From: Bacilli bacterium
GTDB taxonomy: Bacteria; Bacillota_I; Bacilli_A; RF39; UBA660
Direction of reading: 5' to 3'
NCBI GenBank assembly: GCA_017404555.1
Contig: JAFRCD010000001.1
Coordinates: 15,850-79,849, forward strand
Length of the DNA: 64,000 bases
In this document: positions 38,529 to 47,616 of the stretch, piece by piece
Layout: each line of letters starts with the position of its first letter
Numbering within the stretch: the stretch's first letter is position 1
Notes under the pieces: generated by a model
Told to the model about the DNA's origin: nothing
What the model saw: only the letters and a program-made list of their open reading frames with translations
Database searches by the model: none
Translations under genes and position numbers: made by a program

Positions 38529-39411
38529 AATAAGAGATATTAAAGAAAATAAAAAAGTAAATAGAGTTGAATACATTAATAGTGCCCTAATCATTGATAA
38601 TAGAGTCTATAAGAAAAGAAGAAATAAAGAAATATATAATTATTTAGAGGCAAAAGACTTTCATTATTATCTAGAACCAATTAGAACTAAAAAAGGAATT
38701 GATGAATTTGCTTTCCTCAAAGAAACAAAAATAGATAATAATGATAAGGCTCTTGATTTGATGTATATTCTTGCATATTTACAGAACAAAACTGCATCTT
38801 ATGAAGATATCAATTTAGATAAAGTAAAAGAAAAGTTTGAAAGTGTCAATGAAAGAATTATTTCTCTTAGAAACTACTACTATCAACTACAAGATAAAAT
38901 CGAAAGAAAAGTCTATTTTAATCCTAGTGAATATCTATTGATGGTTAATATTTCTCTTATTTATGAAGCACTTAATCAAGCTAAAACAACCATTGATAAA
39001 TACTATGAACTAGTAACAAAAAAAGAAAAAGTTCGGAAAGTATTTATCCATGGTAAATTAGAACTTAATCATTTTTTTGATAATGAGGATAAAAAACTAA
39101 TTAGTTTTAATAATTTAGAAAAAGATCTTCCTATTTATGACTTTATCTACTTTTATAAAACACACTATCGTGATGTCGATATGATTGATCTATTTAATGT
39201 CTATCAAAGTAGATTTCTTTATAACGAAGAAGAATTAATGCTTCTTTTTGGTGAAATATTAGTAATGGATAAAGTGAAGATAAGGGATAATTCTTATTTA
39301 GTATATGAGAAGGTTCAAAATTTAATTGAATATGTTCAAATAACTAGAGAATTCGTCTTAAAGCAGAATGAAAAATATAAAGAATATAAAGAGAAAAAAC
39401 TCCAAGAATAG
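38518..39411 (+). CDS. hypothetical protein (possibly YsxE/CotS-like spore coat kinase-fold protein)
   Basis: It overlaps the upstream gene by 11 nt, and the spoVID-ysxE pairing is known from B. subtilis. There is no firm motif. The call rests on position only. Confidence 0.3.
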   Translation: MKIKIRDIKENKKVNRVEYINSALIIDNRVYKKRRNKEIYNYLEAKDFHYYLEPIRTKKGIDEFAFLKETKIDNNDKALDLMYILAYLQNKTASYEDINLDKVKEKFESVNERIISLRNYYYQLQDKIERKVYFNPSEYLLMVNISLIYEALNQAKTTIDKYYELVTKKEKVRKVFIHGKLELNHFFDNEDKKLISFNNLEKDLPIYDFIYFYKTHYRDVDMIDLFNVYQSRFLYNEEELMLLFGEILVMDKVKIRDNSYLVYEKVQNLIEYVQITREFVLKQNEKYKEYKEKKLQE

Positions 39412-39655
39412 AATAATAGCATTTATTTTAGTAGTTATAAATATAAGAATTAATGCTTGGTAAAAAACAATAATAAAAATTATTGGTATTAAAGAAGAAA
39501 AGAAAGAACTATTTCTTCTTTTTTGTTTACAATATGAACAGCGACAAAAGAAAGAATGCTTATTGTTCATAAGGATCACCTAGTATATTTTATGTTATTA
39601 CTTTAGATAATTTACAATTACTGAAAAATACCTTATAATAAAATTGGTGATGAAA

Positions 39656-40015
39656 ATGAATAGAAAAGGATTTACATTAGTTGAAGTTATTGCGGTAGTC
39701 GCTATTATTGGTTTTTTAGCAATAATAACCATTCCAGCTATTAGTAGATTATCAGCTGGTAATAATTCCAAAACAGTTGAGACTTTCGAAAAAACATTAA
39801 AAAATAGTGCTAAAGCCTATATTAATGTGACTAACCAAACAATTACAAGTACTCCTCAGAATATAACCTGTACAACTTTACAAGGTGCTGGATATATCAA
39901 GCAGTGTACAGTTAGAGGATATAACTGTAATAATCCATATGTAGAAGTACGTGCAGATTCTGATCGTACAAAATCTTATATTTATACGGTTCATGGTAAT
40001 TGTACAAAAGCGTAA
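39656..40015 (+). CDS. small type IV pilin/pseudopilin (ComGC-like)
   Basis: MNRKGFTLVEVIAVVAIIGFLAIITIPAI is a class III prepilin signal plus hydrophobic helix. About 120 aa with two C-terminal Cys. Confidence 0.75.
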   Translation: MNRKGFTLVEVIAVVAIIGFLAIITIPAISRLSAGNNSKTVETFEKTLKNSAKAYINVTNQTITSTPQNITCTTLQGAGYIKQCTVRGYNCNNPYVEVRADSDRTKSYIYTVHGNCTKA

Positions 40016-40079
40016 TTAATTGACAAATAACACTTTTTCTGGTATAATATAGCCACTATTTTGATTGGGGGGATTTTAG

Positions 40080-41093
40080 ATGAAAAAGAGAATGAGTAAA
40101 ATACTAAATTTAGTACTAGTTGGAATAATTAGTATGTTGTTTGCTCTAGGGAATGCCAAAGCATTAGACAACACTGTTACTGTTGGTGTATCTTCTTCTT
40201 TAACACCTTATGTAGCTGACGTTCATGTTGCCAAGATGCCACTAGTTGGTGGTGGATATGCTTATTGTACTGAACTAGCTAAGATTACACCATCTAATAT
40301 AACAGAAAAGTTAGTACAAGAATCAGATGCTGGAATTACTTATATTCTAGTAAATGGTTATCCAAGGAGAAACATTACTGGTAATGGAGACTATGACTAT
40401 TACATTACTCAAACAGCTATTTGGTGGTATTTAGATGATATCAACGGAACTGATTACTTATCATTAGCTTTTAAAACTGATGGTAAAGATGAATTTGGTT
40501 TAAGACCTTATGTTAAAGAGTTAGTTGAAGCAGCTAAAGAAGCTAAGAGTTCAGGCTATGGATATGGTTCAGTAGTACTTAATCCTAAATCTTCTAGTTT
40601 AGAATTATCTAGTGATAAAAAGTACTATGAAACAGTAATTGAACCTGTATTTACTAATGTTTTAGGAACTTATACTGTTAGTGTTAACTCTGATAAAGCA
40701 ATTATTACTGATTTAAATAATAATGCTAAGAATACTTTCAATGTAACTGAAAGTTTCAAGATTAGAGTTGCTAATGGTAAATATGATCCAAGTAAGATTA
40801 AAGTAACAGTTTCAGCTAATAATACTTATGAAAAAGCCTTCTATTATGCAGCTGAGAATCCTGCTATCCAAGGAGTAGTAGTATTACAAGATATCGCTGA
40901 AGAAGTAACAGCTTCATTAGAATTAGCTATGAATCCAACTTGTGAAAACGGTGGATTAACTGATGGTTGTGAAGCAGCTGAAATAGTAGATGTTCCAAAT
41001 ACTAATACTAATACTATTCTTTACATCATTGGTGCAGTTATTCTAGTATCTTCTACTGGATACGTATTCTATAATGCAAAACTTAAGAAATAA
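40080..41093 (+). CDS. cell-surface protein with a TQxA (thioester-domain-like) motif and a C-terminal sortase-B-type sorting signal
   Basis: Signal peptide; Cys63 in YAYCTE; YITQTAIWWY (TQxA[IV]W motif) about 48 aa downstream. The C-terminus has VPNTN followed by a hydrophobic segment and a KLKK tail. Confidence 0.5.
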   Translation: MKKRMSKILNLVLVGIISMLFALGNAKALDNTVTVGVSSSLTPYVADVHVAKMPLVGGGYAYCTELAKITPSNITEKLVQESDAGITYILVNGYPRRNITGNGDYDYYITQTAIWWYLDDINGTDYLSLAFKTDGKDEFGLRPYVKELVEAAKEAKSSGYGYGSVVLNPKSSSLELSSDKKYYETVIEPVFTNVLGTYTVSVNSDKAIITDLNNNAKNTFNVTESFKIRVANGKYDPSKIKVTVSANNTYEKAFYYAAENPAIQGVVVLQDIAEEVTASLELAMNPTCENGGLTDGCEAAEIVDVPNTNTNTILYIIGAVILVSSTGYVFYNAKLKK

Positions 41094-41712
41094 TGAAACA
41101 AGAAGAATAACTAATAGTAAGATCGCTTTTATAGCCAGTATCCTTACTATAATAGGATTATTCTTCTTATCATATAATTACATAATGGCTAAAAAAGCCG
41201 TTGTCTATGAATACATTAATGGAATCTATGTAGAAGAAAAACAAGATAATGATGTAGAAGTAGTTACCGAGAATAAAAAAGAAGGGGAAAAGGAAGAAGT
41301 AGAAGAAAATGATAGTGATTATATTGGCTATCTTAAGATACCAAAAATCGGGTTTGAAAAAGGTTTAGTTGACAAGAATTCAGAAGAAAATGATGTAGAA
41401 AAGAACCTTTATATCGCACCAGTATCTGCTTATCCAAATGTTAAAGGTGGTAATTTAATTATTGCTGGTCATTCAGGGACTGGATGGAAAGCCTTTTTCA
41501 ATGATTTATACAAATTAAGATTAACTGATCAAGCTATTGTAACTTATAAGAACAAAGAATATGTTTATCAACTTATGGATTTTTATAAACAACCTAAGAA
41601 TGGAAAGGTAACAATTAAAAGAAACAAATCAAAGACAACACTTACTCTTATAACGTGTACTAATGGTGATAGTACAACTCAGACTGTTTATATATTTGAA
41701 TTAAAAGAATAG
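41074..41712 (+). CDS. sortase-like cysteine transpeptidase
   Basis: N-terminal TM, the His motif LIIAGHSG and the Cys motif TLTLITCT. The conserved Arg expected about 10-13 residues after the Cys is absent. Confidence 0.6.
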   Translation: MQNLRNNETRRITNSKIAFIASILTIIGLFFLSYNYIMAKKAVVYEYINGIYVEEKQDNDVEVVTENKKEGEKEEVEENDSDYIGYLKIPKIGFEKGLVDKNSEENDVEKNLYIAPVSAYPNVKGGNLIIAGHSGTGWKAFFNDLYKLRLTDQAIVTYKNKEYVYQLMDFYKQPKNGKVTIKRNKSKTTLTLITCTNGDSTTQTVYIFELKE

Positions 41713-41749
41713 AAGTTACATATCATGTAATCTATAGGGGGTGATGAAG

Positions 41750-42901
41750 ATGATAAAAAACTTATCTTTTAGTGACCTTTTAGCGAATGTTGGTGGTGTT
41801 ATATCATCTTCATCGTTAAACATTATTTTAATTATCATATTTGTTATATTAGGATACTTATTAATCAAGTCTGATAATAAATATAATAATTATAAAAGAT
41901 ATGGTCTAATAGGTGTAATAATGATTATCTTAGGAGTTTTAATCTATTATAATAATGGTTTATTTAAAACTCTTGATTATCTAGCTAATAATTTATTCAT
42001 GATATTTTACTTCCCTAATTTATTAGCTTATATAATTGGTTTAATTGTTTTAAATATTGTTGTCTTTAAGACAATTACTAATAGAAAAACAGATAAATTA
42101 TTAAAAGTTGTAAATACTATTGTCTATTTAATAATTATGTATATGTCCCTTTTATTAATAGGAATTATCTCTAAAAGTAAACTAAATGTTTTTGCTTTAG
42201 ATGATATCTATAAAAATAGTAAAGCTTTATCTTTAATTAGACTTAGTTCCATTATCTTTATTGTTTGGTTATTATTTATTATTCTTTACAAAATATATTT
42301 GAACTATTTAAATAAGAAAGATCTTAAGCTACCAGCTTATAAGAAAAGCGAAAATAAGATCAAACCTAATTATCAAGTTAAAGCTAGAAGTTTACCTGAT
42401 TATATTAAAGAGATAGATTATCCAAAGATAGTAGAAAGAGATTACAAAGAATACAACATTAAAGAAGAAGAGTTAACTAATGAATTTGAAAGACAATTAT
42501 CTTTAGATGACTACAAACTATTAGTAAAATTACTATTAGATCATAAGACTAAAGAAGAAATGAGAGAAAAGGTTTCTTTCAAGAACCTAGATGATATTGC
42601 GACTATTAAAGCAAGAATTGAACAATCACAAAATGAAGATTCGGGGGTGGAAAACATGTTAGAAGAAGTAGAAAGAATTGTAACTGGTCCAACATTAGAA
42701 CAAGTTATGCCAATATATAAACCAGAACAAGAAATGATTTCTAAACATGACGAAGAAGTTATCACTAAAACAGTAGAAGCTATTGAAGAAAACTTATATC
42801 AAGCTAGAAGAAATAGTAATGTAATCGAAGAAGTAGAAAAAGATGATGACTCTTTGAAACAAGCTAAAATTGCCGAACTATTGAGATTATATCAAGAATA
42901 A
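41750..42901 (+). CDS. hypothetical polytopic membrane protein with an acidic C-terminal domain
   Basis: At least five hydrophobic segments in the first 190 aa, followed by a charged coiled-coil-like tail. Confidence 0.5.
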   Translation: MIKNLSFSDLLANVGGVISSSSLNIILIIIFVILGYLLIKSDNKYNNYKRYGLIGVIMIILGVLIYYNNGLFKTLDYLANNLFMIFYFPNLLAYIIGLIVLNIVVFKTITNRKTDKLLKVVNTIVYLIIMYMSLLLIGIISKSKLNVFALDDIYKNSKALSLIRLSSIIFIVWLLFIILYKIYLNYLNKKDLKLPAYKKSENKIKPNYQVKARSLPDYIKEIDYPKIVERDYKEYNIKEEELTNEFERQLSLDDYKLLVKLLLDHKTKEEMREKVSFKNLDDIATIKARIEQSQNEDSGVENMLEEVERIVTGPTLEQVMPIYKPEQEMISKHDEEVITKTVEAIEENLYQARRNSNVIEEVEKDDDSLKQAKIAELLRLYQE

Positions 42902-42927
42902 AAAGAGAATTATTTCTCTTTTTTTAT
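42902..42927 (+). terminator. rho-independent terminator
   Basis: aaagagaa-tta-tttctcttt followed by ttttt. Confidence 0.7.
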
Positions 42928-42969
42928 GCTTTAATTTAGAGTATAATTATTATAGAAAGAGGGATAAAT

Positions 42970-45066
42970 ATGGATTTAACTAAATTAAATGATGAACAAC
43001 TAAAAGCCGTTAAATATAATGATGGTCCCTTATTAATAATTGCAGGAGCTGGTTCTGGTAAGACTAGAGTTTTAACAGTTAAGATTGCTTATTTAATAGA
43101 AAATATTCACATCAGTCCCTATAATATTCTGGCGATTACTTTTACTAATAAAGCCGCTAATGAAATGAAAGAACGAGTTCATAACCTAATTGGTAGTGAT
43201 GCTGACTTTATTCAGATATCAACTTTCCATAGTTTTGGGGTTAGAATTCTTAGAGAAAAAGACAATGCTAAACTACTGGGATATGATAAAAACTTTTCTA
43301 TTGTTGATAGTGAAGATTCTTTAGTAGTTATTAAGAAAATATTAAAAGAATTGAACCTTGATCCTAAGTATTATAATCCTCGTTCTCTAAGAAATAAAAT
43401 AAGTAGTTTAAAAAACGATATGTTAATGCCTGATGATTATGAAAAGTATACAGCTAGTGATTATGAAAAGGCTTGTTTAAATGTCTATCGTAAGTATCAA
43501 AAGAAATTAAAAGAGGGAAACTTAGTTGATTTTGATGATCTTTTACTATTACCAATCAAACTATTTAGAGAAAACAAAAAAGTTTTAGAATATTATCAAG
43601 AACGATTTAAATATATTTTAATTGATGAATATCAGGATACTAATGAAGCCCAGTATAAATTCAGTAAAATGTTAGCTTCTAAATATCGTAATATTACGGT
43701 AGTGGGTGATGATAGTCAGTGTATCTATGGTTTTAGAGGATCTAACTATAAAAACATTTTGAACTTTGAAAAAGATTATAAAGACGCTAAGACAATTCTT
43801 TTAGAGGAAAACTATCGTTCAACTACTAATATTTTAGATGCTGCTAATGATGTTATTAAGCACAATAAGAATAAAAAAGATAAGAGTCTTTGGACTAAGA
43901 ACGAAAAGGGTAATAAGATTAAATATTACAGAGCCTATAACGAAAAAGAAGAAGCTAGGTATGTAGTTCGTAAAATAAAAGAATTAGTCTCTTCTGGTGT
44001 AAACTATGAAGATATTGCTATTCTTTATCGGACTAATGCTCAATCCCGTGTTTTAGAAGAAGAAATATTAAAGGATAATTTACCATATAAAGTAGTAGGT
44101 AGCTTTTATTTCTATTCTCGAAAAGAAATAAAAGATTTAATTGCTTATTTAAGATTAATTTATAATGAAAAGGATAATGTTAGTTTCTTAAGAGTAATTA
44201 ATTATCCAAAAAGGAAGATTGGCCCTAAAACAATTGAACAGTTAACTGAAAAAGCTGATAAAGAAGGAATTAGTTTATATGAAGCAATTGATAGTGGTAA
44301 AGAATTAGAGTTTAAAAAAATTATTGAAGACTTAAAGAAGGTTAAAGATAATGTTACTTTGACAGAATTAATTGATAAAGTTTTAGATGCTTCAGGAATT
44401 AGAAAAGAATTAGAAAGTGAAAAGACTTTAGAAGCTGAAATAAGATTAGAGAACTTAGAAGAGTTTAAATCTATTACCAGAGGCTTTGAAGAAAAAGAAG
44501 GTCTCATTTCCTTAGAAGATTTCTTATTTGAAATTAGTTTGGTTAGTGATAAAGAAGAATATAGTACTGATAATAATCGTATTAATCTAATGACTATTCA
44601 TTCAGTTAAAGGACTAGAATTTGATTATGTCTTTGTAGTGGGTGTTGAAGAAGGATTGTTTCCACACATAAATTCCTTAATGGATGAAAAAGATTTAGAA
44701 GAGGAAAGAAGACTTTGTTATGTAGCTATTACTAGAGCAAAAAAAGATCTTTATTTAATTAATGCTAAAAGAAGAGTCCTTTTCGGTAATGATGAAATTA
44801 ATCCACCTAGTCGTTTCATTGGTGAGATTAGGGAAGAGTTATTAGATGCCAATACGGAAATAGAAAAACAAGAAGAGAAAATAAAGGACGAAGAAATATT
44901 CCGTGATGAAGAAGTTGACTATAATGTAGGTGATTATGTCTATCATGAGACCTTTGGTACTGGTAAAGTAGTAGAGGTAACAGAGACACTAGTAAGTGTA
45001 GCTTTTAAACACCCTTACGGAGTTAAAAAGTTAATGAAAAACCATAAGAAATTATCAAAAATATAG
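42970..45066 (+). CDS. pcrA: ATP-dependent DNA helicase PcrA/UvrD
   Basis: Motifs GAGSGKTRVL (I), DEYQDTN (II), the later helicase motifs VGDDSQCIYGFRG and TIHSVKGLEF, and a C-terminal Tudor-like tail. Confidence 0.9.
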   Translation: MDLTKLNDEQLKAVKYNDGPLLIIAGAGSGKTRVLTVKIAYLIENIHISPYNILAITFTNKAANEMKERVHNLIGSDADFIQISTFHSFGVRILREKDNAKLLGYDKNFSIVDSEDSLVVIKKILKELNLDPKYYNPRSLRNKISSLKNDMLMPDDYEKYTASDYEKACLNVYRKYQKKLKEGNLVDFDDLLLLPIKLFRENKKVLEYYQERFKYILIDEYQDTNEAQYKFSKMLASKYRNITVVGDDSQCIYGFRGSNYKNILNFEKDYKDAKTILLEENYRSTTNILDAANDVIKHNKNKKDKSLWTKNEKGNKIKYYRAYNEKEEARYVVRKIKELVSSGVNYEDIAILYRTNAQSRVLEEEILKDNLPYKVVGSFYFYSRKEIKDLIAYLRLIYNEKDNVSFLRVINYPKRKIGPKTIEQLTEKADKEGISLYEAIDSGKELEFKKIIEDLKKVKDNVTLTELIDKVLDASGIRKELESEKTLEAEIRLENLEEFKSITRGFEEKEGLISLEDFLFEISLVSDKEEYSTDNNRINLMTIHSVKGLEFDYVFVVGVEEGLFPHINSLMDEKDLEEERRLCYVAITRAKKDLYLINAKRRVLFGNDEINPPSRFIGEIREELLDANTEIEKQEEKIKDEEIFRDEEVDYNVGDYVYHETFGTGKVVEVTETLVSVAFKHPYGVKKLMKNHKKLSKI

Positions 45067-45088
45067 TATAATAATATAAGGAGGATAT

Positions 45089-46009
45089 ATGAACAAAGAA
45101 ATAACTTTAGTAGTGTTGGCGGCTGGTATGGGAAGCCGTTTTGGAGGTTTAAAACAAGTAGAACCTTTTGGACCTAATGGAGAGTTTATTATTGATTATT
45201 CTATTTATGATGCCAAAAAAGCTGGTTTTGATAAAGTAGTATTTTTAATTAGAAAACATAACTATGATCTCTTCAAAGAAACTGTAGGTAAAAGAGTAGA
45301 AGAATATATTAAGGTAGAATATGCTTTTCAAGAAATGGATGATTTAAAAGAAAAGTATCATCTTCCTGAAAGGGAAAAACCGCTTGGAACTGCTCATGCA
45401 GTTTGGTGCTGTAAAGATGTAGTAGATGGTCCTTTTATGATGATTAATGCTGATGACTTCTATGGCTATGATGCTTTTAAAGAAGGATATCAATTCTTAA
45501 AAAATAGTATTTCAGATACTGAATATGGAATGGTTGTCTATGATGTTATTAATACTATCACTGAACATGGTTCTGTTAAAAGAGGAATAATTGATATTGT
45601 CGATAATTATATTAATAAAATAGTGGAATCAAAAATAGAGATGAAAGATAATAAGCTAATGGCTAGTCCTTTAGATAGTGAAGAAGAAAAAGAAATAAGT
45701 AAAGATACTAAAGTGTCAATGAATATGCTTTTATTAAATAATAATATCTTTACTTATATCGAAGAAAATATGGATGAAATGTTTCTAAATAGTGATAATT
45801 TAGATACCTGTGAATACTTAATACCAGATGTCTTAGAAAAGGGTATTAGAGAGAACAAATTTAGAGTAAGAGCTCTTAATACTGATAGTGTTTGGCATGG
45901 AGTTACTTACAAAGAAGATAAAGACGAATTAGTAAATTCAATAAATAAATTAATTGAAGAGGGTAATTATCCTCACGAATTATGGAAAGGAGGAAATGAT
46001 GAAGCCTAG
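45089..46009 (+). CDS. sugar-phosphate nucleotidyltransferase family protein
   Basis: LVVLAAGMGSRFGGLKQ is the NTP_transferase G-loop at the N-terminus. Confidence 0.65.
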   Translation: MNKEITLVVLAAGMGSRFGGLKQVEPFGPNGEFIIDYSIYDAKKAGFDKVVFLIRKHNYDLFKETVGKRVEEYIKVEYAFQEMDDLKEKYHLPEREKPLGTAHAVWCCKDVVDGPFMMINADDFYGYDAFKEGYQFLKNSISDTEYGMVVYDVINTITEHGSVKRGIIDIVDNYINKIVESKIEMKDNKLMASPLDSEEEKEISKDTKVSMNMLLLNNNIFTYIEENMDEMFLNSDNLDTCEYLIPDVLEKGIRENKFRVRALNTDSVWHGVTYKEDKDELVNSINKLIEEGNYPHELWKGGNDEA

Positions 46010-46640
46010 TTTATATCCTAAGACCTTTATGTGGTTATTTGGAGGTCTATTAGTATCTTTTATTACTGGATATGCCTTATATCTAAATGAAACTATTCTT
46101 GCTAATGTTTTTAGTTCTAAAGCAATGTGGCTTTTAATTATTTTAGAATTAGGTGTAGCAATTTTCTTTAGTGTTAGGATTAAGAAAATGTCTAAGGTAA
46201 CTGCTATTTTCTGTTATGCACTCTATTCCTTTTTAACGGGATTTACCTTTGGCGTTATCTTTATTACCTATGAATTAGCATCTATTATTTTAGTATTTGG
46301 TATTACTTCAGTACTATTCTTAATATTTGCTTTATATGGATACTTTACGAAAAGAGATATTAGTAAATGGGGATCTTTCTTATTGATGGCTCTAATAGGT
46401 ATTATTCTTTGTTCAATAGTTAATATCTTTTTACATAGCTCTGTTTTTGATTTGGTTCTAAGTATTGTTGGAATAATTATCTTCTTAGGATTTATTGCTT
46501 ATGATATTCAAAAATTAAAAGCCCTTGATGATTATATAGGGGAAGATAAAGCTGCTATCTTTGGAGCTTTCCAATTATACCTAGATTTCATTAACTTATT
46601 TATTAGATTATTAGAACTATTTGGCAAAGTTAAAGATTAA
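45996..46640 (+). CDS. Bax inhibitor-1/YccA-family membrane protein
   Basis: Seven predicted TM segments, about 215 aa, and a C-terminal charged tail typical of the BI-1 family. Confidence 0.6.
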   Translation: MMKPSLYPKTFMWLFGGLLVSFITGYALYLNETILANVFSSKAMWLLIILELGVAIFFSVRIKKMSKVTAIFCYALYSFLTGFTFGVIFITYELASIILVFGITSVLFLIFALYGYFTKRDISKWGSFLLMALIGIILCSIVNIFLHSSVFDLVLSIVGIIIFLGFIAYDIQKLKALDDYIGEDKAAIFGAFQLYLDFINLFIRLLELFGKVKD

Positions 46641-46666
46641 TCACTTCAAATGAAGTGATTTTTTTA
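46639..46666 (+). terminator. rho-independent terminator
   Basis: aatcacttca-aa-tgaagtgatt followed by tttttt. Confidence 0.7.
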
Positions 46667-46733
46667 TTGTTCTATTGACGAACATATGTATTTGTTTTAT
46701 AATAAAAACAAAGCATAAAGGGAGGTTTGGGAA

Positions 46734-47594
46734 ATGCAAGAAATAATTAAAAACAATATTAGAGTGGAAAATATGATTTATGAAATCGGCGAAAAACAAA
46801 TAATGATGGATTCGGATTTAGCCAAACTATATCAGGTGGAAACAAAACGAATTAATGAAGCAGTTCGTAATAACCCAAATAAGTTTCCTACGAGATTTAG
46901 CTGGATTTTAACAGAAAAGGAATGGGTATCTTTAAGGTCGAAAATTTCGACCTTAAACGGTTCGCAAATAGGTAGAGGCCAACATAGAAAATATTTGCCA
47001 AGAGTTTTCACTGAACAAGGAGTAGCAATGCTTGCGACAATTTTAAAATCTAGTGTTGCGACAGAAGTGAGCATTAATATAATGGATGCTTTTGTTTTAA
47101 TGAGAAAATACATATCAACAAATTTGCTTGAACAAAAATGTATTAATAATATGGTGCTAGATCACGAGGAGAGATTAAAAATGGTGGAAGACACCTTTTC
47201 GAGATTTAAGGAAGTAAATAATCACTTGTTTTTTGAAGGACAAATATATGATGCGCATTCTCTGTTGATAGATATCTTGAAAAAGGGGCAAAAAGAAATA
47301 ATAATTATTGATAACTATATTGATAAAGAAGTTTTAGATATTTTAAAGAAAATAAATACGAAAACAATTATTATAACTAACAAATATAATAATATTGATT
47401 ACCAAAAATATAAAAAACAATATCATAATATAATTATGAAAATAAACAATAGTTTTCATGATAGATTTATTGTTTTAGATCGAAAACTTGTTTATCATTC
47501 TGGTGCTAGTTTTAAAGATTTAGGTAAGAAGTGTTTTGCTATTACTAAAATAGAAGAAAAAGGAATTTTAGAAAAGATTATAAATTTGCTATAA
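46734..47594 (+). CDS. ORF6N-domain protein (phage antirepressor-like N-domain) with an uncharacterised C-terminal half
   Basis: MDSDLAKLYQVETKRINEAVRNN...RF...F.LT..E...LRS...TL.....GRG.HRKYLP.VFTEQGVAMLATILKS..A..VSI.IM.AFV matches the ORF6N consensus. Confidence 0.65.
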   Translation: MQEIIKNNIRVENMIYEIGEKQIMMDSDLAKLYQVETKRINEAVRNNPNKFPTRFSWILTEKEWVSLRSKISTLNGSQIGRGQHRKYLPRVFTEQGVAMLATILKSSVATEVSINIMDAFVLMRKYISTNLLEQKCINNMVLDHEERLKMVEDTFSRFKEVNNHLFFEGQIYDAHSLLIDILKKGQKEIIIIDNYIDKEVLDILKKINTKTIIITNKYNNIDYQKYKKQYHNIIMKINNSFHDRFIVLDRKLVYHSGASFKDLGKKCFAITKIEEKGILEKIINLL

Positions 47595-47616
47595 TATAAA
47601 TGAAGGGAGGAATACC

